NCBI GenBank assembly: GCA_038131935.1
Contig: JAYPQH010000017.1
Span: forward strand, 97,235 to 161,234
Origin: Alphaproteobacteria bacterium
GTDB taxonomy: Bacteria; Pseudomonadota; Alphaproteobacteria; UBA8317
Length of the DNA: 64,000 nt
Direction: 5' to 3'
Of the stretch, positions 52,679 through 62,301 are shown piece after piece (the stretch's first letter is position 1; every line of letters begins with the position of its first letter). A program made the position numbers and the translations under genes. Below the pieces are notes generated by a model. The model searched no databases. It was not told the origin of the DNA and saw only the letters and a list, made by a program, of their open reading frames with translations.

Positions 52679-53631
52679 GTGCTTGTCTCCTTACTTGATG
52701 CATGCATCAGGGCCCTGACATGGGACCCGACCGCCGACGCTAAAGCGCTCTCATCATATCCCCCCTCAAGGGACGAGACAATGCGGCCGTTACATATTTC
52801 TGAGGCGATATCAGTTAACATGTTGGTAGCCCAATAAAAATCATCATCTCTGAGGTTGAGGGTTGCCAGCGGATCTTTCTCGTGCGCATCAAAGCCAGCT
52901 GAAATCAAAAGAAATTCTGGGGCAAAGTGAATGATTTCTTGCCCAATAATTTTCATTGCGGCTCTAAATTCCGCGCTCCCAGATCCTGGTGACAGGGGAA
53001 TGTTTAGACATTGATGCCAAGGGCCATGTTCATCAGGGTATCCACTGCCAGGATATAGAGGCATTTCATGGACGGAAGCGTAAAATAACCCTGGGTCTTT
53101 TTCACAAATTTTTTGCGTTCCATTTCCGTGGTGCACGTCAAAGTCAATAATCGCAACACGCTGAAGATCATGTTTCATTCTAGCGTGATGGGCACCAATC
53201 GCGATATGGTTCCACAAACAAAATCCCATAGATGTTGTTGGTTCTGCATGATGTCCCGGTGGACGAATAGCACAAAAAGCATTGGTGATGTTTCTCGCCA
53301 TTACCGCGTCGATCGCATCAATAACCGCCCCTGATGAATGTAATGCGGCAAGCCATGAACCTTGTGACAAATACGTGTCTGGGTCGATTGAAAGCAATCG
53401 CTCGTTTTGGGGAACTGAGCTGTGCAAAAAATCAATGAAGGTTTTTGGGTGGACAGCATAAATACTGTCTAAATGTGCAGCCTTTGATGTGAAGTATAAC
53501 AAATCTTCAAATTCAGGCTTATTGAGGGCGTTCAACACAGCGCTCAAGCGCGTTGCCTGCTCTGGGTGACCTTCTGGGGTAACGTGAAGCATACAGGCGT
53601 CATGGGTAAATAAACCAGTATACATTCTCAT
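52675..53631 (-). CDS. histone deacetylase family protein
   Basis: HPE...RL, RPPGHHA, GFC..N, DFDVHHGNGTQ, YPGSG, SAGFDAH..DP, LEGGY. Confidence 0.94.
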   Translation of the reverse strand: MRMYTGLFTHDACMLHVTPEGHPEQATRLSAVLNALNKPEFEDLLYFTSKAAHLDSIYAVHPKTFIDFLHSSVPQNERLLSIDPDTYLSQGSWLAALHSSGAVIDAIDAVMARNITNAFCAIRPPGHHAEPTTSMGFCLWNHIAIGAHHARMKHDLQRVAIIDFDVHHGNGTQKICEKDPGLFYASVHEMPLYPGSGYPDEHGPWHQCLNIPLSPGSGSAEFRAAMKIIGQEIIHFAPEFLLISAGFDAHEKDPLATLNLRDDDFYWATNMLTDIASEICNGRIVSSLEGGYDESALASAVGSHVRALMHASSKETST

Positions 53632-54345
53632 TACATCTGTGTGTTTAAGAAATTATGCATCGGTTTGGCCATGCTGTACCCAATATTACGATGAGTCCTA
53701 ATGATTTTAGGGTTTGCGGGATCCTGTTCGATCAAACGTCGTAGTCTGTTTATATGTACGTCTATGGCCCTAGAATTAAGTGCTGCTTCCCATGTCATAT
53801 CCCCTAATTCGTTGCGCGGGACTGCCGCTCCATCAGCCGCAATAAGTTTTAGGATGATTTCACGATCGCGCTCTGTGAGATGAATTCTTTGTCCAGATTT
53901 CCAAATCCAGCCTGTATTTGTTTCAATGCGAACATGTCCATAATCCATTATGGCAACATCTAAGGGTGCTGCCGTCAGCATATTGCCAACCCTCAACAGC
54001 AATTCCCTGGGGTCAAATGGTTTGGGTAGGTAGTCAGATGCCCCAGCTTCAAGTCCTATGATCCGGTCATCAATATCACCACGAGCGGTAAGCAAGATTA
54101 TAGGGGTTTGTGCTGGAAGGCTGGTATCATTCGCCCTGATAAGTTTCGTCAGTTGGACACCATCTGTTACCAGGTAACATGACATCTAATATGATGCCTG
54201 AAAAATTCTTCTCAGGGTCGCAGCAATGTTCAAGCATTTCTTCTGCACTTGCATAATGTAAGGTTTGGTAACCAGCACGTTGAAGAAATTCACCAACCAG
54301 TCCTGCGAGACGTTCGTCATCTTCAACGATGATAATGCTGCTCAT
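53631..54345 (-). CDS. OmpR-family response regulator (PetR-like; frameshift near 54170)
   Basis: IIVEDD, LDVMLPG|DG, LLTARG....I.GLEAGASDYLPKPF, RAIDVHINRLRR.IE.DP. Confidence 0.9.
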
Positions 54346-54836
54346 GTCCTCAGGAACCTCTGCCAATAACTTTGTATACGAAAAGCCGTTCTTCTTCGTC
54401 GAGCATGGATTCTAAAACACGACGCCGGGTTATTAATCCAACAATTGGGGTCATGGACCGATAGTCCCCTTACAAAACGCCTCTTTGTAATTTGGTTAAA
54501 GTGTCTGCAAAACGTGCCCCCTTGGGTGTAAGTTTTTAGTCTTCTTCTGCGTCTTTATCTTCCTGATCTACCACCGTGGTAATGAATTCTCGCTCCTGCA
54601 GGTCTCTCGATGACACGATTTAGTGACTGTTTGAAACACGAGAATGGCAAGTAGATCACACAATGATATACGGACGCGAATGAACGAAATGAAGCACACG
54701 GTGGTGTGCTCTACCCAAACCAATTTTCTCTAGTTCACTGTCAACATCACGTGTAAAAGCTCGGTAGGCAAAAAACATCAGTTCTATGTCTTGCCTGATC
54801 TCACTACCGCGTGTGCTTTTGTCTTGATAATGCCAT
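54342..54836 (-). CDS. MarR-family regulator (PetP-like), multiply frameshifted, absent from the ORF track
   Basis: From ATG 54836: MALSRQK...IELMFFAYRAFTRDVDSELEKIGLGRAHHRVLHFV; probable stop overlaps the response regulator ATG. Confidence 0.8.
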
Positions 54837-54862
54837 ATATAATCTCTTTACGTGTTGTTGGC

Positions 54863-54885
54863 TTAAGTCAACTCAATTGACTTAA
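54863..54885. promoter_or_regulatory. perfect palindromic operator between the MarR gene and ilvE
   Basis: TTAAGTCAA-CTCAA-TTGACTTAA; each arm contains a TTGACT -35-like hexamer. Confidence 0.7.
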
Positions 54886-54948
54886 ATTCCAGCGCAGTGA
54901 TAATCATTTTTTTAGTTTTTGTTTACATTTTCAGGAAGGATATTGGGA

Positions 54949-55815
54949 ATGGCGCTCGTTCCTTTTGACCAGTTGGATGGGAAAATTTGGTTTGATGGTG
55001 AATTGGTCAACTGGGCTGATGCAAAAATCCATGTTTTATCTCATGGCTTGCATTATGGCAGCGTTGTGTTCGAGGGTGAGCGCGTTTATGCGGGCAAAAT
55101 CTTTAAATCCAGAGAACATACCGAACGGCTTTTCCGTTCTGCAGAAATGCTTGGCATGACAATGCCTATGGACGTTGATGCATTAGAGTCGTTAAAAAAA
55201 GAAACGGCAGCCGTCAAGGTTTAGATGAGGCATATGTGCGGGTGGTTGCATGGCGCGGATCAGAGCAAATGGGTGTGTCTGCACAGCAGACCAAGACCCA
55301 TGTTGCTTGTGCTGTTTGGGCATGGCCAAGCTACTTTCCCATGGAAGCTCGCCTGAAGGGCATCAAACTTAAAACATCAAGATGGAAACGGCCATCACCA
55401 GAAACCATCCCATGCCATGCAAAAGCTGCAGGTCTTTATATGATTTGCACCATGTCAAAGCATGAAGCAGAGGCCGAGGGGTATGAAGATGCTTTGATGT
55501 GATGATTTATCGCGCTACATAGCAGCCACGGGTGCAAATGGTATTTTTCCAAGATGGTCGTGATTTACACACCCCCACGCCTGATTGTTTTCTGGATGGT
55601 ATCACAAGGCGCACAGTCATTGCTTTAGCACGTGAGCATGGCCTTAACATTATTGAACGCCACATTAAGCCAGAGAACTATCGCAATTTACGGGTTGTTT
55701 TTTGACAGGAACAGCTGCTGAGGTGACCGTCTCGCAAATTGATGACTACAGGTTTACAGTAAGCGAGGATATTCAACATTTGATGCAAAGTTATGAAACT
55801 TTGGTGAGGAGCTGA
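54949..55815 (+). CDS. ilvE: branched-chain amino acid aminotransferase (several frameshifts)
   Basis: IW.DGELV.W, HGLHYGSVVFEG.R.Y, WRGSEQMGV, AKAAGLY, LDGITRRTV, FLTGTAAEV. Confidence 0.9.
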
Positions 55816-55842
55816 GCCCAGCTGGTAGGGTGGTGGTTTAGC

Positions 55843-56280
55843 TTACGTCCAGCGGTTTTTTGCAATTGTGTCTGAGGACCTTGCATCAACCCATTGGCTT
55901 TGCCCTTTGACCACTTCTTTCTTCCAAAAAGTGGCTTCGGTTTTTAAATAATCCATAATGAAATCTACGGCGTGGATTGCATGATGTCGATGTTTTGCTG
56001 CTGCGAGGACAAGGACGATATCTTCGGTGGGTGTCATGCGCCCAATACGGTGGATAACCAAACCATCTAACAGTGAAAAGCGTTCTTCCGCACGCTGTAA
56101 AATATTGGATAGTTGTTTCTCAGTCATGTTGGGGTAGTGTTCTAGGGTCAAGCTGTCCTGCTCATCACCTCGAACCCGTCCTGCAAACATAGCCACAGCG
56201 CCCACTTGTGAATGCTGACGTGCGAATTCAGCGTAATGGCGGGCAACATCGATAATGTCTGTCGTAATATGAACCAGCAT
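55843..56280 (-). CDS. moaE: molybdopterin synthase large subunit
   Basis: GAVAMF.G.VR, LEHYP.MT, IHRIG, HR..A, MDYLKT.A.FWKKE. Confidence 0.95.
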   Translation of the reverse strand: MLVHITTDIIDVARHYAEFARQHSQVGAVAMFAGRVRGDEQDSLTLEHYPNMTEKQLSNILQRAEERFSLLDGLVIHRIGRMTPTEDIVLVLAAAKHRHHAIHAVDFIMDYLKTEATFWKKEVVKGQSQWVDARSSDTIAKNRWT

Positions 56281-56284
56281 TTTT

Positions 56285-56536
56285 TTATCCCCCTGTTACG
56301 GGAGGAAAAAAAGCAACTTCTGTCGCATGCTCAATAGAATCTTCCCATTGCGCATGCTCTTGATCTATGGCGACACATACCGTGTGTGGTCCATCGAGGG
56401 CATGCTGGTAACGCGTGTCTTGTGCAATGAGAAAGTGCTTAAGGTCATGGGCAGATTTTATGTCTTGTGGAAGTGTAATGCTCTCAGAGCCTCTGCCAAT
56501 ACGTTCGCGTAACGCACCAAAATACAAAATCTTCAT
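56285..56536 (-). CDS. moaD: molybdopterin synthase sulfur carrier
   Basis: MKILYFG.LRE.IG, EVAFFPPVTGG C-terminus. Confidence 0.95.
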   Translation of the reverse strand: MKILYFGALRERIGRGSESITLPQDIKSAHDLKHFLIAQDTRYQHALDGPHTVCVAIDQEHAQWEDSIEHATEVAFFPPVTGG

Positions 56537-57081
56537 GGAGTTCCCTTGCTGCTTTCTGCGTACCAAATGCGCATGTAATCAATCGCTGAATACCAAGTGA
56601 TAAAGGTTGTCGCCAGCCATACAATCACCATAACAAATATGTAATCAGGTATAAAACTCACCACAACCATGTGAAGAACAATGCTTGCCAGTTGTAACGT
56701 GGTCTTGGTTTTCGCAATAAAACTCACGGGTATATTGGCTTTTCCTGCGATGTCTTCACGCATTGCAGACACAAGAAACTCTCGTGCCATGATGCATCCA
56801 CCGAGAAAAACAATCCAGTAAGTATCTCCACGACCTGCCAACCCGATGAGCATCGATGCCAAAACAACTTTATCAGCAACGGGATCAAGAATGCGACCTA
56901 TTCTCGTAATACACGACCATTTTCTCGCTAAATAACCATCAAGTCCATCGCTCAATGCTCCAACAATAACGAGAATGATCGCTGTTGCGTCCATGCCAAT
57001 GACCCAGCAATAGGCAGCAAAAGGAGCGGATGCCAGGCGAAAAGATGTCAAGAGATTGGGAATAAATGGTTTAACGTTCAT
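56533..57081 (-). CDS. pgsA: CDP-diacylglycerol--glycerol-3-phosphate 3-phosphatidyltransferase
   Basis: IPNLLT..R, SDGLDGYLAR.....GRILDPVADK, REFLVS.MRE, K.KTT.Q; uvrC-pgsA synteny. Confidence 0.92.
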   Translation of the reverse strand: MNVKPFIPNLLTSFRLASAPFAAYCWVIGMDATAIILVIVGALSDGLDGYLARKWSCITRIGRILDPVADKVVLASMLIGLAGRGDTYWIVFLGGCIMAREFLVSAMREDIAGKANIPVSFIAKTKTTLQLASIVLHMVVVSFIPDYIFVMVIVWLATTFITWYSAIDYMRIWYAESSKGTP

Positions 57082-58910
57082 GGAAATGATCATAAATTTT
57101 TTGAGCAACTTGTCGAGATATACCTTCTACTTTAAGCAGATCCAATAACCCCGCGCGTGATACCGCTTTTGCAGAGCCAAAATGTTTCAACAAGGCCTTT
57201 TTTCGTACGTTTCCAATACCTGTTATTGCATCAAGAGGGTTTTCGGTAATGGCTGCTTTTCTCCGCATACGATGACCGCCGATGGCAAAACGATGGGCTT
57301 CATCCCGAAGTCGTTGGATAAAATATGATACAGGGTCATTTGGTTTGAGTAACAATGGAGGCTTCCCGTCTCGGAACAATTGTTCTCGGCCTGCATTTCT
57401 ATCAGGGCCTTTGGCAACAGCTACAAGCGGGATATCTTCAAGCCCCAACTCGATCATTACCTCTTGGCAAACAGCCAACTGTCCTTGCCCACCATCGATC
57501 AATACAAGATTAGGTTTTGTGTGATGAGAATCTCCTGATTTGATCATTCTAGAAAAGCGTCTCGTGAACATTTCTCATCATGCCGTAATCATCCCCGGGG
57601 GTAATATCTACCTTGTCCATATTGAATTTACGGTATTGAGATTTCTCAAATCCATCTTTTCCAGCTACCACCATAACCCCTAGAGCTTTTGTACCTTGAA
57701 GATGAGAATTATCATAAACTTCAATACGCTCTGGGATTTCATCAAGGTCTAGAAATTGTCTCAGATGCTGCAACAGCTCTAATTGTGCCTCTTGTTCAGA
57801 GAGGTGGCGTGCCAGCATTTGTTCAGCGTTATCGATGCTATGGCGAATAAGTTCTTTCCTTCGCCCACGCTGTGGGGCCGTCACCTGAACAGTGTAGCCA
57901 TTGGCAGAGGTGAGGGCTTGCCCAAGAAGGTCTTGGCTTTTTAACGTGGTTGATACGAGGATGAGAGGAGGGGTCGGCCGGTTATCATAAAACTGGGCAA
58001 TGAATTGCTCTAGGATGGTCTCGTCATCGTCACTAGCATCAACCCGTGGGTAATAAGTTTTATCGCCAAAATTCTGTTCTGCTCGAATAAAGGTCACATG
58101 AATACAGGCACGGTAAGCATCCCTTGCTAGCGCAAAAATATCTGTGTTGGGCATGCCTTCTGGGTTTATATCTTGATGTGCTTGAACAATGGTAAGTGCT
58201 TTGATCCTATCACGCAGAAGTGCTGCTTTTTCGAATTCAAGCTCCTCAGCGGCCTTCTCCATATCAGACACCAACTGTTGATGAAGTTCCCTGCTTTTAC
58301 CAGAAAAATATAAGCGGATTTGCGTTAGATAAGTCTCATACTCTTGTTGGCTGACTTTACCTACACAAGGCGCACAGCAACGTTTGATTTGATAGAGTAG
58401 GCAAGGCCTACTTCGGTTCGCGTAAACACTGTCAGAGCATGACCTTATCAGAAAGGCTTTTTGTAATGTATCAAGGGTTTTGTTCACGGCTCCTGCAGAT
58501 GCGAAGGGCCCAAAATAATCCCCTTTTCTTTTTTTGGTGCCTCGATGTTTTTCAAGTCCAGGAAATTCATGTTCAGATGGGATGAGAACATAGGGAAAGG
58601 ATTTGTCATCACGCAATAGTACATTGAATCGAGGTCGTAACTTTTTGATCAAATTGGCTTCTAAAAGGAGGGCTTCGGTTTCTGTGTGCGTGAGAGAAAA
58701 TTCCATGCGGGCTGTGAGAGAAATCATGGTCGCAATTCTGTTGTTGTGACCTGTTCCTCGAGCATAGTTTGTTACACGATTGTATAAATTTTTAGCTTTC
58801 CCAACATAAAGCGTGACATCATCTTTATCATACATTCTGTAAACACCTGGCTTATGGGGCAGGTGTAAAAGGAAGTCCTTAATGACGCTAATACCTTGAG
58901 CTTTCTGCAT
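57071..58910 (-). CDS. uvrC: excinuclease ABC subunit C (frameshift near 57570)
   Basis: PGVYRM, LYVGKAKNL, EALLLEANLIK, RIEVYDNSH, IDGG.GQ, RDEAHRFA, HhH motifs. Confidence 0.96.
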
Positions 58911-59185
58911 TTATTTTTAATGCAATCAGTGCGCTTTTAGGTAATCCACTGATTATGTGGATAAGTCTGTGGATTATCATGACATAAATCTTTCACATTC
59001 TGATGTTCACAAGGTATTTATAATATTGCCTAAAAAATATGCAAAATGTAACTATTTGAAATAAAACAATATTTTTTACTGTTGTTGATTTGTTACAAAA
59101 TATAGCACGTGTTATCACAAAAATATTGGTTTGTCGTCATTACGTCAGTATCTGTGTAAAGTTTGTACGTATTTGATACAAATGT
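58911..59185. promoter_or_regulatory. DnaA-box cluster with IHF-like site and AT-rich tract (oriC-like)
   Basis: TGTGGATAA 58956-64 (perfect box), TGTGGATTA 58968-76, TAATCCACT 58942-50, TCTTTCACA 58989-97, TGTGTAAAG 59153-61; TAACTATTTGAAA 59049-61. Confidence 0.65.
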
Positions 59186-59593
59186 TCATTTTTTCCGTGT
59201 AATCAATACAGATACGCTCTCCGCCTCCGCTATAGGCTCTAATTTTTCTAAGCGTGCTTGTACTTGATTAATCCCTTGATGCTTGAGGCAAAGGCTACAA
59301 ATATCTTCTAGTAAGGTTTCGATGAGCTGTGTATGTCCTTTGCTCATACGCATCCGAATGTCTTTCATGATCATATCGTAGCAAACCACCTCAGATAATT
59401 CATCCTGGATGGGCGGTATATCATCAGTCCATAACACAAGGTTGAGACGAACAGTTTGGGTACGTCCTTTTTCTTCTAAATAGGCCCCAATCGCAGTTTC
59501 GAACAAAGCATTTTTGATCATGATTTCGCGCTGTGGGGTTGATCCCTGTTCCAACTGATCAAGCTGAAACGGAATGATTTGTGATGATGACAT
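59186..59593 (-). CDS. folB: dihydroneopterin aldolase
   Basis: IG.Y.EE....Q.V, D.L..VV.YD, GHTQLIETL, KLE.I....SV.V. Confidence 0.85.
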   Translation of the reverse strand: MSSSQIIPFQLDQLEQGSTPQREIMIKNALFETAIGAYLEEKGRTQTVRLNLVLWTDDIPPIQDELSEVVCYDMIMKDIRMRMSKGHTQLIETLLEDICSLCLKHQGINQVQARLEKLEPIAEAESVSVLITRKK

Positions 59594-59609
59594 CTTGTGC
59601 TCGCCTTTT

Positions 59610-60347
59610 TTATTCATTTATCCCGACAACATCCGGTGTCTGCCAGGCAAGATGTTGCCCAGAATCCACATGAATTAATTGCCCTGTGATGCATGAGCTT
59701 TGTGCCAAAAAGCAAGCCGTACGATAGATATCTTGCACAGACACCATCTGCTTAAGCGGAAGCGCTGCAATTTGTTTTTCAAAATCTTCATTATTCTGTC
59801 TTTTGTTCATGAGTGTAGGGCCAGGACCGATGGCATTGACGCGTATATTTGGTGCAAATTCTTGAGCCATTGTGATTGTAGCGGTCCACAACGATGATTT
59901 TGCCAACGTGTAGGTGAAAAAATTTGGGTTGAGACGTGAGACGCGCTGGTCCGTTATATTGATAATACTAGCATCGCCGCGCGTATTATCTCTGTACATA
60001 TCTCTGCTTAAGGTTATGGCAGTCTCCAAATTGACCCTCATATGTGCTTGCAGCATATCATGTGAAAAATCAGTCGCGCGGTCTGGCTCAAAATTTGAAA
60101 CATTATTGATAAGCAAATCTGCTGGACCAAATCTTTTTGTCAACCTTGCATAAAGGCTATTTAAGGCATGCTCATGTAATAGGTCTTCAACAATTACGTG
60201 GGTTTGATCTTCATGAAGGCGGCAGAATTCCTGGAAATTTGAGGGTTGGGAGCGAACGTGCATTGATACATAATGCCCATCATGTATGAAACTTTCCGCC
60301 AAACCAAATCCAACGCGCTTGGATGCTCCTGTTATAACGATATGCAT
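59610..60347 (-). CDS. SDR oxidoreductase, pteridine reductase/FolM-like
   Basis: ITGASKRVG, INN.S.F, DQRV..L.P.F..Y...K, RVNAIGPG, ITGQ...VDSGQHL.W. Confidence 0.85.
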   Translation of the reverse strand: MHIVITGASKRVGFGLAESFIHDGHYVSMHVRSQPSNFQEFCRLHEDQTHVIVEDLLHEHALNSLYARLTKRFGPADLLINNVSNFEPDRATDFSHDMLQAHMRVNLETAITLSRDMYRDNTRGDASIINITDQRVSRLNPNFFTYTLAKSSLWTATITMAQEFAPNIRVNAIGPGPTLMNKRQNNEDFEKQIAALPLKQMVSVQDIYRTACFLAQSSCITGQLIHVDSGQHLAWQTPDVVGINE

Positions 60348-60351
60348 TTCA

Positions 60352-61281
60352 CTATCCCCTGAAGGTAAAGACCATAAACATAGCGTAACCGAGCAGCATG
60401 GCGAGACCAGTTTGTCTTCCCATGGGTAGCGAGCGTAAACCATACCAGCCAAGAATGAGTGTGGCTGTGATTAAGAAAAACATATCAATGTTGACTTGCA
60501 TATTCTGCATGTAGAGTGGCGATACAGTTGCTGTTGCGCCTATGACCAATCCAATATTAAAAATATTTGAGCCAATAATATTACCCAAGGCCATGCCAGT
60601 TTGGCGACGGATCATCGCCATCGCTGAAGCCACGAGCTCAGGTAAAGACGTTCCAACTGCAACAACGCTCAAGCCAATCGTTGCTTGTGTAACGCCAAGG
60701 TCAAGGGCAAGAGAACTTGCATGCTCAACGAGCAAATCAGCACTTAATGGAAGCGTGAATATGGCCAAGATTGTAAGCCCTATTGACCATATGAGTTTAG
60801 GCTGGGCATCGTTTAAGGGATCGTCGTGATCATCGTCTGGCATCTGTATAGCTCGAAAGATAAAGAAAGCCTGTCCTGTGAGGCATAATAGACCCATCCA
60901 CCGAGGAATCCCCCCAAAAAGCAACAGTGAGGCAGAGAATATCATTGTAAGGACAGCGACAAAAATGATTTCCCAACGTATCCTCTTTCGTGCGCCTGGT
61001 ATTTGTGTAATCAGTGAACAAATACCTAAAACCAAAAGAATATTGGCAATGTTGCTTCCGATAACATTTCCTAATGCGATGTCAGGTGCGCCATTCAAAG
61101 CTGCGGTTAGGGTTACGAAAAACTCTGGTGCAGATGTACCAAGCGCAACGATCGTCATTCCCACCATCGTCGCGCTCATTCCAGCATGAAATGCGATGCC
61201 TACGGCTCCTCGAACCAGCCAATCACCAGAGAGGATAAGAAAGCAAAGGCCTAGCAAAAGAAAAATAATATCATAGATCAC
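60352..61281 (-). CDS. calcium/sodium antiporter (YrbG/CaCA)
   Basis: Duplicated alpha repeats GTSAPE...GNVIGSNIAN and GTSLPE...GNIIGSNIFN. Confidence 0.93.
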   Translation of the reverse strand: MIYDIIFLLLGLCFLILSGDWLVRGAVGIAFHAGMSATMVGMTIVALGTSAPEFFVTLTAALNGAPDIALGNVIGSNIANILLVLGICSLITQIPGARKRIRWEIIFVAVLTMIFSASLLLFGGIPRWMGLLCLTGQAFFIFRAIQMPDDDHDDPLNDAQPKLIWSIGLTILAIFTLPLSADLLVEHASSLALDLGVTQATIGLSVVAVGTSLPELVASAMAMIRRQTGMALGNIIGSNIFNIGLVIGATATVSPLYMQNMQVNIDMFFLITATLILGWYGLRSLPMGRQTGLAMLLGYAMFMVFTFRG

Positions 61282-61407
61282 GGGTCAACAGCCTTTTCCG
61301 GTATATATCTGTTCGTTAGGCAAATGCCCTAGTAGTGGTCAAGAAGTAATTGACCAAAGGTTGCTTTAGGTCTTAACCGAGTGTTTTCTCTTTGATTGGA
61401 ATTGTTG

Positions 61408-62301
61408 ATGTCCAGAAAATTGGAGCTTATGGCTTATGGTTATCTTGCCCTAACAATGTCCTTTTGGGCAGGCAATGCGATAGTAGGACGAATGTTTCGA
61501 GACGATCTGCCTCCCATCACACTTGCTTTTATTCGTTGGTTCTGTGCCTTTTTGCTCATCTTAATTATTTTTAGACCACCGCTTATCCGTGACTGGCCGG
61601 TGATGAAGGCCAATTGGAAAATCATGCTGATAACAGGAACTTTTGGTATCGGTATTTTTAATACGCTTCAGTATATCTCGCTGCAATACACAACAGCTAT
61701 TAACGTTGGGTTGATGCAAGTTTTAATGCCGATGACAATTTTACTGCTAGATGTATTATTCTTCTCTGTACGGGTTGGACTCATACAAATTACAGGTATG
61801 TTGTGTGCAACCTGCGGTGTTGTGGTTATCTTGAGTCGGGGTGATTTTGATATGTTGACCCAGCTCGAATTCAATTTTGGCGACCTCACCATGCTAACAG
61901 CCGTGATGCTTTATTCTATATTTGCTGTGGCTCTTCGCCTCAAACCTGCTGTTCATCAATGGTCTTTTCTTGCAGCCATTTTTGCCATAGGGGCAATTGA
62001 ATTGTTTCCATTTTTGTTGTTTGAGTGGTTCCAAGGCAGTTCTTTAAATATTACGCAATCATCACTTTTAGGTATCAGTTACGTAATTATTGGGCCTGCA
62101 ATACTGGCATATTTGTTTTTCACCAAAGGTGTGGAGACCCTGGGGCCAAATAGAGCAGGAATGTTTTTTTATTTCATTCCCTTGGGCACCGCCTCCTTGT
62201 CTGTTCTGATATTGGGTGAGCCTGTGGAAACATTTCATTTGGTTGGTTTTGTGTTGACTGCTTTGGGTTTACGTTTGGCTCTTCAAAGGACTCATGCCTA
62301 A
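61408..62301 (+). CDS. DMT/EamA family transporter
   Basis: FWAGNAIVGR, PPITLAFIRW, YTTAIN, GDL.ML.A, LGP.RAG, LGE. Confidence 0.9.
   Translation: MSRKLELMAYGYLALTMSFWAGNAIVGRMFRDDLPPITLAFIRWFCAFLLILIIFRPPLIRDWPVMKANWKIMLITGTFGIGIFNTLQYISLQYTTAINVGLMQVLMPMTILLLDVLFFSVRVGLIQITGMLCATCGVVVILSRGDFDMLTQLEFNFGDLTMLTAVMLYSIFAVALRLKPAVHQWSFLAAIFAIGAIELFPFLLFEWFQGSSLNITQSSLLGISYVIIGPAILAYLFFTKGVETLGPNRAGMFFYFIPLGTASLSVLILGEPVETFHLVGFVLTALGLRLALQRTHA

Noticed and set aside
58911-59185. Alphaproteobacterial LexA box (GTTC-N7-GTTC) upstream of uvrC
   Set aside because: No correctly spaced direct repeat found
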